From assembly GCA_016714745.1 (NCBI GenBank), contig JADKCG010000011.1, forward strand, positions 41,690 through 105,689: a stretch of DNA of 64,000 nt, written 5' to 3'. This document shows, in pieces, positions 38,772-47,957 of the stretch; position 1 is the stretch's first letter; every line of letters starts with the position of its first letter. The position numbers and the translations under genes are program-made. Origin of the DNA: Elusimicrobiota bacterium. GTDB taxonomy: Bacteria > Elusimicrobiota > Elusimicrobia > FEN-1173. Under the pieces are notes generated by a model. That model saw only the letters and a program-made list of their open reading frames with translations. It did no database searches and was not told the origin of the DNA.

Positions 38772-39992
38772 TCAGGAAGAGCGGGAAACGTCTTTCAAAA
38801 CTTTACCGGGCACTCGTCGCAACATTTTTCCATCCCACAGCGACGCCGCCCCCAGCGAATCGTCAATCATCTTTTCCATTTCGAGTTCGACTTCTAACCG
38901 CCGAATAATGTCAACCGCCACATTGGTCTTTGGCTTTTTAGACAGAAGCGAGCAACAGTCTTTGTAGGGTTGAATGGCCAGGTCGAACACATAGATCTTC
39001 CGGGCTAAATCAATAATCGAATTTTTATCGGAGGCGATGAGGGGCTGGAACACCGAGACCGACAACCCCGTCTGAACCGCCAGAAGATTGTCGATGGTTT
39101 GACTGGCGACCTGCCCGAGACTGTCCCCGGTGACAAGGCCTTGATAGCCCAGCCGGCCCGCGAGGGCCTCGGCCGTGCGAAACATGAACCGCCGGAAGAA
39201 TACGGTTTCGAAAGCGGTGGGCACCCGGAGAGACGCGGACACCTGGTAACGGTCGTGGGGAACCAGAAAAAGACGGATCTCCGGGTTCGAGGTTTTGAGC
39301 ACGTCAAAAAGTTTAGTGATTTTTGTGCCGATCACCTCTTCTGAAGATCGATAGGGATGAAAGTGCAACAGGTCCACCCGGGCCCCCCTCCGCATCATGA
39401 GCCACGCCGCCACGGGCGAGTCAATACCGCCAGAGAACAAACACAACATCCGCCCCGACGTCGCCTGAGGCATGCCCCGCACCCCTTCTGCTCGCCCCGA
39501 CGCCACAACGATTTCGTTGGTTAAAATTTCCACATAAATCGCCAAATCCGGCCGATGGAGGTTCACGGTGAGCCCCGCGGCCCCGATCACCGATTCCCCT
39601 AACCGAACGCAGATCTCCTGGGAGACCAACGGATAATTTTTGACGGACCGGCGGGCGTGGATCTTAAACGATTTCACAGCGGGGTCCCGGCACGCCTCCA
39701 TCAAGGCGGCCGCTTCGACCTGCGCAAACCCAATGTCTTCCGGGGTCCAAGGAAAGATTTTTCCAAACGCATACCAGGCCACGCCGAACACCTGATCCAA
39801 TGCATGACCGACCCGTTCCCGAGAAGCGTCGGGCGCCAATTCGCCAATCACGCGAGCGCTCTCCAACCGAACGGTCAGCGCGTCCGCGCCCAACCGCCGG
39901 CGGATGTCATCGGTAAACTTCCGCTCAAACATCCGGCGGTTGCCGCCTTTCGTCCCCAACTCCGAATAGTGAACCACCACGACGTCTTTCAT
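38772..39992 (-). CDS. thiI: tRNA 4-thiouridine synthase ThiI
   Basis: MKDVVVVHYSELGTKGGNRRMFE (THUMP-type N-terminus), PP-loop LFSGGIDSPVAAW and LVTGDSLGQVASQT. Confidence 0.88.
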   Translation of the reverse strand: MKDVVVVHYSELGTKGGNRRMFERKFTDDIRRRLGADALTVRLESARVIGELAPDASRERVGHALDQVFGVAWYAFGKIFPWTPEDIGFAQVEAAALMEACRDPAVKSFKIHARRSVKNYPLVSQEICVRLGESVIGAAGLTVNLHRPDLAIYVEILTNEIVVASGRAEGVRGMPQATSGRMLCLFSGGIDSPVAAWLMMRRGARVDLLHFHPYRSSEEVIGTKITKLFDVLKTSNPEIRLFLVPHDRYQVSASLRVPTAFETVFFRRFMFRTAEALAGRLGYQGLVTGDSLGQVASQTIDNLLAVQTGLSVSVFQPLIASDKNSIIDLARKIYVFDLAIQPYKDCCSLLSKKPKTNVAVDIIRRLEVELEMEKMIDDSLGAASLWDGKMLRRVPGKVLKDVSRSS

Positions 39993-40104
39993 GGGAAACG
40001 ATGGTAGCACATTGGAGCGGAGGGGAAAGAAAATTGGCTTACGAATTATTGGGGAACATGCTTGTTCTCATGCACGGCAAATCCCTTCCTACAGACAGGG
40101 ACCT

Positions 40105-40241
40105 CACCTAGCCGCGAGGCAAACTGGGGAGGTATCTATCGACACTGCGGTTGGCACAGGGATACCGTCGACAGGGTTCGGAACAGAATTTTCCAACCCT
40201 CCCGGACGGAAATGCTCAGTTCACTGAAATTTTCAGGTTAA
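40105..40241 (-). repeat. About 105-nt imperfect-palindrome repeat, copy 4 (one end divergent)
   Basis: The reverse complement of 40149-40241 reads aacctgaaaatttcagtgaactgagcatttccgtccgggagggttggaaaattctgttccgaaccctgtcgacggtatccctgtgccaacc. The terminal CCGGGGAATCCCGG hairpin is replaced by unrelated sequence. Confidence 0.8.
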
Positions 40242-40310
40242 ATTTACCTTCCCTCAAAAAGACATGCGTGTTTTTTTGACTTTGGGTTAAATTACTCGTA
40301 TAGTTAATCC

Positions 40311-41429
40311 ATGAAAAACAATCTGTCTCGTTATTTGGAAGGGTCTATTCGCAAAGACTTGGAGCGAAAAATGGTCTTTGTGGGTGGACCCCGCCAAGTG
40401 GGGAAGACGACCTTGGGAAAATCCCTGCTGGCGTCCCCCTCGGGCTATCTCAATTGGGATGTGCCGGACCATCGGGAACACATCCTCTCGCGGGAGCTCC
40501 CCCCGACCTCTCCCCTTTTGTTTGATGAAATCCACAAGTACCGAGGCTGGCGGAATTATTTAAAAGGTCTGTATGATGCGGGCGACAGCCGGCACGTTTT
40601 GGTCACGGGAAGCGCGCGACTGGACTTTTATCGATTTGGCGGAGATTCGCTTCAAGGCCGATATCATTACTACCGGCTCCATCCTTTTTCCGTGGCCGAG
40701 CTGGGAATCTGTTCGGAAAAAGATTTCCACCAATTGCTCACCCTGGGCGGTTTTCCAGAACCCTTTTTGTCGGGATCCCACACCGAAGCCAAACGGTGGG
40801 CTCGAGAAAACCGTGACCGCCTCATTCGGGAAGACATTGTGGGTCTGGAAACGATACAGGATCTTGGGCAAATGGAACTTCTGGCTCTGCGGCTTCCTCA
40901 ATTGGTGGGGAGCCCCCTCTCGATCAATGCCCTGCGGGAAGATCTTCAGGTCAGCCACAAAACTCTCTCCCGATGGATTGTCGTTTTTGAACGGACCTAC
41001 GCCTTATTCCGTTTGCCCCCCTTGGGCGGTCCCAAATTAAGGGCGGTCAAAAAAGAGCAAAAACACTACCACTACAACTGGGCGCTTGTTCCGGAGGAGG
41101 GGCCCCGATTTGAAAATATGGTCGCCGCTCATCTTTTGAAATGGGTGGATTACCATGTGGACACCGAGGGCCGAGATTTGGAACTTCGCTATTTCCGAGA
41201 CGTGGACGGACGCGAGGTGGATTTTGTCATCACGGAGGACGGTCACCCTCTGCGCCTCGTGGAATGCAAATGGTCGGAGGCGTCGGTCAATCCAACGTTA
41301 TTTTACCTCAAACGCCGGTACCCCAAAGCCGACGCGTGGCAAATATCTGCTGTCGGAAAAAAAGAGTATAAAACACCAGAAGGAATCCGCGTCTCCCCTG
41401 CCTTAACATTCCTGCAGACCCTCATGTAA
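40311..41429 (+). CDS. AAA-type ATPase of the DUF4143-containing family
   Basis: Walker A GGPRQVGKTTLGK, LFDEIHKY, and the family-typical C-terminus (YFRDVDGREVDFVI...LVECKW). Confidence 0.75.
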   Translation: MKNNLSRYLEGSIRKDLERKMVFVGGPRQVGKTTLGKSLLASPSGYLNWDVPDHREHILSRELPPTSPLLFDEIHKYRGWRNYLKGLYDAGDSRHVLVTGSARLDFYRFGGDSLQGRYHYYRLHPFSVAELGICSEKDFHQLLTLGGFPEPFLSGSHTEAKRWARENRDRLIREDIVGLETIQDLGQMELLALRLPQLVGSPLSINALREDLQVSHKTLSRWIVVFERTYALFRLPPLGGPKLRAVKKEQKHYHYNWALVPEEGPRFENMVAAHLLKWVDYHVDTEGRDLELRYFRDVDGREVDFVITEDGHPLRLVECKWSEASVNPTLFYLKRRYPKADAWQISAVGKKEYKTPEGIRVSPALTFLQTLM

Positions 41430-41439
41430 AGAATTCCAG

Positions 41440-41835
41440 TTACGCGGCGATGGAGACCGGCGGGGGTTTGCCTTGGACGACGCCGTCGTCCCAGCCGTCT
41501 CGGATGGAGGTCAGAACTTCTTTCACTTTCTGGAGAGGTTCGGAGTCTTTTTTTAAATTGGATCGCACGAGGGCGTCATACATAAAATCGTAGAGGAGAT
41601 ACAGATTTTGGGCGATCATGCCGCCTTGCTCCATGTTGAGGCTGTTGGCCAAATGCAAAACGATGTCTTGGGCTTTCATGAGTTGGTGGTGCGCTTCGGG
41701 GACATGTTTGGCGGCGATTTCCACTTCCGCTTTTTTGATGGCCGAGAGGGCGCCATCATAGAGCATCAAAACCAGTTTGGCGGGTGAAGCAGATTCCACT
41801 TCTCGGGCCAGATAATTCTTTTGCATGTCGTTCAT
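41440..41835 (-). CDS. fliS: Flagellar export chaperone FliS
   Basis: 131 aa with EVESASPAKLVLMLYDGALSAIKKAE...LYLLYDFMYDALV. It lies downstream of fliD. Confidence 0.85.
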   Translation of the reverse strand: MNDMQKNYLAREVESASPAKLVLMLYDGALSAIKKAEVEIAAKHVPEAHHQLMKAQDIVLHLANSLNMEQGGMIAQNLYLLYDFMYDALVRSNLKKDSEPLQKVKEVLTSIRDGWDDGVVQGKPPPVSIAA

Positions 41836-41855
41836 GGTGCGATGCTCCTTTGTGG

Positions 41856-44000
41856 CTAAGAATTCGCGTTCGTTTGGTTTAAGAAGTTTGTCAAGGCGTT
41901 GCCCATCGTTTGGTTTTTCGACATGGCCGATTCCATTTGGTTAAACGCCCTTTCCATCCGCGCGATCTCTCGGTTGACCCGGTCGTTGGTCACCTCGATT
42001 TGTGTATCGAGCCGAGATTTCTCCTCAGTGATCTGTTGTCGTGACGTCGAGAACACACCCCCCACATCATCGGAAATCCGAGTGACCAACGCCCCTGTCC
42101 GACGGGAAGCTCCGGTGGATTCAAAAGCTTCAAACTCCACAATTCGAGATTGCCCATCCGCCGCGTGGGAGGCCAACACCTTGACCCGAAGTTGGTCTGT
42201 GAACGCATTGATCAGTTGGGAATTCACTCCCTGGGTGTTGTTGCGAACCGAAGCCACCGCCGTCCAGCTGGAATCGTCCGCCGGATTGGCTCCGATGCGC
42301 AGAGCCTCGATGTCGTAGTCCTTAATCCCCCACGTGGCCACCGGGTTGGTGTTTGTGTTCAGCGTGTGAACAACGGCCCGAGCGATCGTTCGGGGAGAAG
42401 CAAACTGAAGGGTCACCCAATCGGAAAAAATATTTGGGGTATTGTCCATCCACCCCTCCGTCAAGGGGCCGAAAAGCGCGGGGTCGGTGACCCCGTTGGC
42501 CACGCGATTAACATCGTAGTCGATGGCCGTACTGCTCGCGCTTCGAACAGCGGACAAGGCCCCGTTCAGGGAACTGCTGAAAAGGGCTTTCACATCCTCA
42601 TAGTGATTTGTCATCCAGTCGGTGAGGGTGGCGGTGTTCACTTCCAACACCCCCCCCTTCCCGGCATTGACGCCGATCTGAAAGATCGAAGAGGCCGACG
42701 TGGTCAAACCGTCCACAGATTCGGTGATGGCGTTGGTCAGGTCGGACAAGGCAGAGGAGAGCAAGGGATTGTTAAACAATGCCCCGCCCTTGGTTTTGGT
42801 TTCGGCATTATAGGTATTCTGTTCGGCCACGGCCGTCACAATGGCATTGTAAGCGTTAAAAAAATTTTTAACCGTCCCAACGGCACCCTCCACATTGGAT
42901 TCCACGTTAACGATAATCGCTTTCGCCGGGTCGGCATCCAGGACATTCAAGGACAACCCTTGAATCACGGAGTTAAAAGTGTTGGTGCGGCTTCGAAACT
43001 CTTGGGGGGTGGTGGTCCCAATTTTAATGATGGCATCTTGGGCGGCTTCCACTTCTGTGAACGTGAACCCGGGGTCAGAGGAGGTGAGCGCAATTTCAGA
43101 CGCATCGCCGGAATACCGGCTCACCACAGAAAGCCGGTAGGGCGTGCCTGTCCCGTCATTCACAATAGAGGCCGAGAAAGGGCCGCCGAAATCGTTGATG
43201 GCGTCCCGCAATCCTTCGAGGGTGTTGTTGGAAGAACTCACGGTGATGGTGTAGAGGGGGTTCAGGTCGCCCCCCTCCACCTCCCCAGCCAGCGATGATC
43301 CGAGTATATTCAGGGACGCGGCCGTGGTTCCCCCCTCTTCGGCCACCACCAGTCCGCCCGTGGTCATACCCGTATTGTCCTGAATCAGTAACCCCGTGCC
43401 GTCCGCATTTAGCTTGGCAGTCACGTTCACGCCGGCCGCCCCGGATATATCGTCTATGATGTCTTGGACGGTAATGTTCCCGGACAAATCAATAACAGCC
43501 GACGTCCCGGTCCGGTCCGTGATTCGAATGGTTCCGAGGGTCACCCCGGCGCCATTGTTCAGCATGGACAAAAGGGTCGTCCCGGTCACGTCTTGGTCCA
43601 CCGTGCCGTTGCCGACTTTCAGGGTCAAGGTTCCGTCCGCCATGGCGGGGGTGTCGACGGCCGCGAAATTGTTGGACATGCTCTCCTGGCCCCGCGCCGT
43701 TTGAGTGACTTTCACCACATGGACACCCACTTCCGCCGTGCCGGTCACATTCGCGTTCAAAAGGGTTTTGTCGCTGGAAGTGACCATGGTCGGTCGCGTG
43801 GAGAACATGTCGGTAAGGGTTTTTGACGCGGCGCGAAGACCGGCAAATTTTGCGTCCATGGCATCCCAGGCGGCGGTTCTCGTATCCAACTCGGCTTGGC
43901 GCGCTTTCAGCTTTGTAATGGGCTGTTGGGCGATCGCTTTCAGCTGGGCCAGGATCGTGTCCGTGTCCATCCCTGAAACAATTCCACCAATTTTCGGCAT
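41856..44000 (-). CDS. fliD: Flagellar filament cap protein FliD carrying an internal discoidin (F5/8 type C)-like domain
   Basis: ATG 43998-44000 has an AAGGAG RBS. The N-terminus is MPKIGGIVSGMDTDTILAQL. The C-terminus is coiled-coil (RVNREIARMERAFNQMESAMSKNQ). The insert is described in the findings. Confidence 0.85.
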   Translation of the reverse strand: MPKIGGIVSGMDTDTILAQLKAIAQQPITKLKARQAELDTRTAAWDAMDAKFAGLRAASKTLTDMFSTRPTMVTSSDKTLLNANVTGTAEVGVHVVKVTQTARGQESMSNNFAAVDTPAMADGTLTLKVGNGTVDQDVTGTTLLSMLNNGAGVTLGTIRITDRTGTSAVIDLSGNITVQDIIDDISGAAGVNVTAKLNADGTGLLIQDNTGMTTGGLVVAEEGGTTAASLNILGSSLAGEVEGGDLNPLYTITVSSSNNTLEGLRDAINDFGGPFSASIVNDGTGTPYRLSVVSRYSGDASEIALTSSDPGFTFTEVEAAQDAIIKIGTTTPQEFRSRTNTFNSVIQGLSLNVLDADPAKAIIVNVESNVEGAVGTVKNFFNAYNAIVTAVAEQNTYNAETKTKGGALFNNPLLSSALSDLTNAITESVDGLTTSASSIFQIGVNAGKGGVLEVNTATLTDWMTNHYEDVKALFSSSLNGALSAVRSASSTAIDYDVNRVANGVTDPALFGPLTEGWMDNTPNIFSDWVTLQFASPRTIARAVVHTLNTNTNPVATWGIKDYDIEALRIGANPADDSSWTAVASVRNNTQGVNSQLINAFTDQLRVKVLASHAADGQSRIVEFEAFESTGASRRTGALVTRISDDVGGVFSTSRQQITEEKSRLDTQIEVTNDRVNREIARMERAFNQMESAMSKNQTMGNALTNFLNQTNANS

Positions 44001-44010
44001 CGTTGACTCC

Positions 44011-44298
44011 TTAAGCGTCCGCACCCTCGGCCGGGGCCGGGCGTGGGGTTCTGAGACTGGCGCTCATCTGGCGCATCATTTCCAGGGCTTCCGCTTTCGG
44101 AACAACCCGGGTCGGCTTGTTTGTTTCGGGATTCACTTCGGTCACCTTAGGCCCTTCTTTCGTCATCGCATAGTGAAGGACCACTTCTCTTATTGGTTTT
44201 TCCTCGGGCCGTAAATAGGCCCCGCCGCCTAATTTATGGGTTCCCATCACCGCGGGCGGCAACGCGCCCATCGCTCCAACTCCCGGTAGAACATCCAT
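44011..44298 (-). CDS. flaG: FlaG-family flagellar protein
   Basis: 95 aa between fliC and fliD, with a VVLHYAMTKEGPKVTEVNPETNKPTRVVPKAEALEMM core and an AAGGAGGG RBS. Confidence 0.6.
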   Translation of the reverse strand: MDVLPGVGAMGALPPAVMGTHKLGGGAYLRPEEKPIREVVLHYAMTKEGPKVTEVNPETNKPTRVVPKAEALEMMRQMSASLRTPRPAPAEGADA

Positions 44299-44372
44299 AA
44301 CACCCTCCTTTCCCCGGACCCGGCCGGCCCCGCGGCGTGCGCCGCGGGGCCCGACCAGTCCACGGAAACGCT

Positions 44373-45797
44373 TTACCGACCCAACAGGGACAGGATCGAC
44401 GTAGGCGATTGGTTCGCTTGCGCCAACATCGCGGTCGCTGATTGGATCAACACTTGGAACTTTGTGAAGCTCGCCATTTCGCTCGCCATGTCGACGTCGC
44501 GAACGCGTGATTCAGACGCCGTCACGTTTTCCAGAGCGACGTTGAGCGAGTTGACTTTCGTTTCCAACGTGTACTTCTGGATGGCGCCCAGTTGAGCGCG
44601 GGCAGTGGAGACGTCGTTGATCGCTTCGTCGATGATCGACAGGGCGGTCGTGGGGTCCGTCGTGAGGTTATACGTCGCACCGGTCAAGATGGCGTTTAAC
44701 CCCGTGGCCCCACCGGCAGTCGTTCCGAGAGCCGATGCACGCACATCCGTAATGCTTGCGCTCACGGTGTCCGAGGCGGAAGATCCCACCTGGAAGGTCA
44801 ACTGACCCTGGGTGATCGCGACGGAATTCGCGTAGGCCGTGTTCGCCGTTGAAGCGGCGGTCCCCGTTAATGTCACAGTCGTCCCTGCATACGTGGTGCC
44901 GGTGTCGGCCGTTAAAGTCAACCCGGAACCTGTCGCCGCCTGGCCGTTGATCGTGCCTCTAACATTGAGGCCTGTGTCGGCGTTAAACCCAGCCGTTTTC
45001 CAATAACCAGCGGCATCGTTGATGGAGACGGAGTAGGCGGAACCGTAGCTTCGGTGGCGAATGTCAATGTTGTTACCATTCGCGACCGCTTCAATCGTGG
45101 TGCCCAGGCCGGCATTGTCTAACCCCACCTGAACAGCCGCAACGGCCGCCCCAATATTGGCCGAAGCGCCTATTGTCACAGTGTAACCGTTAACCGTGAT
45201 CGTCCCTCCGGCTTTGGCCCCGGCAAAGGACTGATCGCCAGCGAGGATGGCTCGCTCAGCGACGGCTCCAGCCAACGTCGCGACACCAATGACGGTCGTC
45301 CCCGCAGGAGCGGTGGCGCCCGCAGTGGCCGCAGTAATGTTTGTCACGTCAGCCACGGTGGCGCGGTTGCCCAACGACCCGTCCAGAAGAGATTTACCGC
45401 CGAAATACGTGTTGTTGGCGATTTTGTTCAGGGCGTTGACGGCTTCGTCCACTTGGTTCTGGTCGGCCGCGATGGAAATCGAGTCGTTCACACCGGTGTT
45501 TTTGGCGTGGAGGACCAGGCCGCGGATTTGGTTAAGGATGGAGTGCATTTCTTGCATGTTGCCTTCCGCGGTTTGAATCATGGACGCGGCGTCCTGGGTG
45601 TTGGACACGGCCTGTTTCAAGCCCGTGATCTGCGCCCGGAACTGTTCAGACAGCACCAATCCGGCGGGATCGTCACCGGCTTTGTTAATCCGGTAACCGC
45701 TGGACAGTTTTTCCAAGCTGGAGCTGAACATCGATTCGTTTTTGGTGAGTTGCCGCCACGAGTTGAGAGCGGCGATGTTGTTCGCTATTCGTGCCAT
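44373..45797 (-). CDS. fliC: Flagellin
   Basis: MARIANNIAALNSWRQL...LSSGYRINKAGDDPAGLVLSEQFRAQITGL, with a conserved C-terminus LAQANQSPTSILSLLGR. The central domain is variable and Thr/Ala/Gly-rich. Confidence 0.92.
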   Translation of the reverse strand: MARIANNIAALNSWRQLTKNESMFSSSLEKLSSGYRINKAGDDPAGLVLSEQFRAQITGLKQAVSNTQDAASMIQTAEGNMQEMHSILNQIRGLVLHAKNTGVNDSISIAADQNQVDEAVNALNKIANNTYFGGKSLLDGSLGNRATVADVTNITAATAGATAPAGTTVIGVATLAGAVAERAILAGDQSFAGAKAGGTITVNGYTVTIGASANIGAAVAAVQVGLDNAGLGTTIEAVANGNNIDIRHRSYGSAYSVSINDAAGYWKTAGFNADTGLNVRGTINGQAATGSGLTLTADTGTTYAGTTVTLTGTAASTANTAYANSVAITQGQLTFQVGSSASDTVSASITDVRASALGTTAGGATGLNAILTGATYNLTTDPTTALSIIDEAINDVSTARAQLGAIQKYTLETKVNSLNVALENVTASESRVRDVDMASEMASFTKFQVLIQSATAMLAQANQSPTSILSLLGR

Positions 45798-45900
45798 GGT
45801 GTTTCCTCCTTGAGTTAGGAACCCGGGACTCCTTTCCCGAGTTGGGGAGGGTCGAATTTTCTGCCCGCCACCGGGAGAGCGCTGGGGCCCTCCGAGTCCA

Positions 45901-45927
45901 TTATCGGCGGAGGGAGGAGGAACTAAA
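45901..45927 (-). promoter_or_regulatory. Sigma-28 (FliA)-type promoter for fliC
   Basis: The minus strand reads TTTAGTTC-N11-GCCGATAA. The -10 element is a perfect match to the class 3 flagellar consensus GCCGATAA. The site is about 100 nt upstream of the fliC ATG. Confidence 0.6.
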
Positions 45928-46341
45928 GGGGCGAAAAGCGAGGAAACGGCAAATCCCCCCCCTTTTTTTAAGAAGGATCAAGGCTAAAAAACACGTCTTT
46001 CCCCCCTTTGCAAAGGGGGGCAGGGGGGATTTGCCGGGGGATTGTTTAATTTATGCTCGTCCGGCTTTTTGAAAAACAGATTTAAATTACAAAGCGATTA
46101 TCTAAAAAGAATTGCAGTTGTCCGGATAAACGTTAACGGAAACCCGCACTCCCTTCGTTCCGGCATGGGGTTGGCCGGCCCGTCGCAAAGCTTCCGACCG
46201 CGCTAGCGGAAGTGTCGGGTGGGAGCGGCCAGCCCATGTGTTTCTACACGGGCAGGATGCCCGTGCTACAAAATTGCTATTTCACCAAATGGGTGAAACC
46301 CTTCAGGCGGTAGATGTTTCTTATCGGAGGATTTGGGTAAA

Positions 46342-47244
46342 CTAACACCTTTTATTAAGAATGTCGGACAGAGCGTCGGCGAGGGTGGGGTGATGGAAGG
46401 GGTAGCCTGCGGCGAGAAGTTTTTTGGGGCTCACTCTGGCGCTGGCCAGCAAGAGGGCGTTGGCCATTTCACCAAGCAGGAGTGTGGCGGCGAAGGCGGG
46501 CATGGGAAGAAGTGTGGGGCGGTGCAGGGCACGGCCCAACTCTTTTGTGAATTCGTCATTCGTGACGGGGGTTGGGGCTGTCACGTTCACCGGGCCAGAC
46601 AGCGTGTCCGTTGCCAAAACGTGCCGTATGGCCCCCACCACGTCTTCCAAGCTTACCCAACTCCACCATTGGCGCCCCGTTCCGATTTTTCCGCCCAGGC
46701 CCCACTTAAAGGGCAGGAGCATTTTTTTTAGGGCGCCCCCCTGGGAACTGAGTACGACGCCGAACCTCATGTTTGCCACCCGGATGCCTTTGGCCGACGC
46801 CGCCACACAAGCGGACTCCCAGACCCGACAGACGTCGGGAAGAAACCCATCCCCCCCGGCACTCTCCTCGGTCAACCGTTCTTCGCCTCGATCCCCATAA
46901 AATCCAATGGCGGAAGCGCACACCATCACTTTCGGTGGGTGGGAGAGTTTGGCCAACGTTTCTGAAAGAAAATAGGTTCCGCGGAGCCGACTTTCTAAAA
47001 TTCGTTCTTTCAACGCCGGTGTCCATCGACCCGAGGCGATGTTTTCCCCCGCCAAATGGATGACGGCCTGAAACCCTTCCAGAAGGTGCGGGTCCACCTG
47101 CCCCCGTTGGGGATCCCACAAAATCCGGGGCGCATGAACCGCGTCGGTGCGCGCCAACAGAGTCACCTCGTGCTTTTCTTTTTCCAATACACTCACCAAC
47201 GCCCGACCGATTAAACCCGTCCCGCCCGACACAAGTATTTTCAT
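46342..47244 (-). CDS. YfcH/TIGR01777-like NAD-binding epimerase-family protein
   Basis: From ATG 47242-47244: MKILVSGGTGLIGRALV... with a DUF1731-like C-terminus (PMPAFAATLLLGEMANALLLASARVSPKKLLAAGYPFHHPTL). Confidence 0.75.
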   Translation of the reverse strand: MKILVSGGTGLIGRALVSVLEKEKHEVTLLARTDAVHAPRILWDPQRGQVDPHLLEGFQAVIHLAGENIASGRWTPALKERILESRLRGTYFLSETLAKLSHPPKVMVCASAIGFYGDRGEERLTEESAGGDGFLPDVCRVWESACVAASAKGIRVANMRFGVVLSSQGGALKKMLLPFKWGLGGKIGTGRQWWSWVSLEDVVGAIRHVLATDTLSGPVNVTAPTPVTNDEFTKELGRALHRPTLLPMPAFAATLLLGEMANALLLASARVSPKKLLAAGYPFHHPTLADALSDILNKRC

Positions 47245-47337
47245 AAGACCCCCGCATAACAGATGGGTTGCAGAAGAAATTTTACAATAATCAAAGATCG
47301 GGACCTCATAAAATGCATGGAATTTATAAAAAAATAC

Positions 47338-47366
47338 TTGCAATTTAACCAAGAAGGGGCTATACT
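47338..47366 (+). promoter_or_regulatory. Sigma-70-type promoter upstream of the AbiE pair
   Basis: TTGCAA (47338-47343) - 17 nt - TATACT (47361-47366). Confidence 0.5.
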
Positions 47367-47384
47367 CTTCTTGAGGAAACCCCA

Positions 47385-47957
47385 TTGAAAAACGCGGAGA
47401 AATTCAAGAATAGGATGGAATTATTACACGTCTACCGACGACAGGAATTGAAGGAAATGTCCACGTCGGTTGACCGTGACCTTAAAACGCTTGTCAGGCG
47501 CGGGGAAGTTTTGAAGTTGTCAGGAGGACTCTATTATCGTCCCCAAAAGAACGTTTTTGGTGTCACCCCACCGGAGGACCGAGAAATGGTTCGGGCATTC
47601 CTCAAAACCGATGACTTTCTTCTCTCTTCGAACAATCACTACAACCAGCTCGGGCTGGGGCTCACCCAGGTCTACAACGATTATAAAGTTTATAACCACA
47701 AACGCTCAGGAACGTTTATCTTAGGTGGTAAGCGGTTTGCATTCCGGCAGGTCCCCTCCTATCCCCAGAAAATCAGTAAAGAGTACCTCCTTATTGATCT
47801 ACTGAACAATCTCAATGGTCTTCCTGACCGCACAGACCTTGTGCTTCATAATCTTCCCTTTCGATTACACGGGTTTGATCGGAGAATGGTGGAGGATTTC
47901 CTTAGTCGATATGGACGGCCCAGGGCCCGCGCGGTTCTGCGGAGAGCCTATGCCTAA
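47385..47957 (+). CDS. Putative AbiEi-like antitoxin/transcriptional regulator
   Basis: 190-aa ORF (TTG start, with an alternative ATG at 47415). It overlaps the AbiEii-type gene by 8 nt. The assignment comes mainly from this pairing. Confidence 0.5.
   Translation: MKNAEKFKNRMELLHVYRRQELKEMSTSVDRDLKTLVRRGEVLKLSGGLYYRPQKNVFGVTPPEDREMVRAFLKTDDFLLSSNNHYNQLGLGLTQVYNDYKVYNHKRSGTFILGGKRFAFRQVPSYPQKISKEYLLIDLLNNLNGLPDRTDLVLHNLPFRLHGFDRRMVEDFLSRYGRPRARAVLRRAYA

Noticed and set aside
42150-43298. 382-aa plus-strand ORF inside the fliD region
   Set aside because: It is antisense to FliD, has no recognisable motifs, and has the Gly/Arg/Val-rich composition of a shadow frame.
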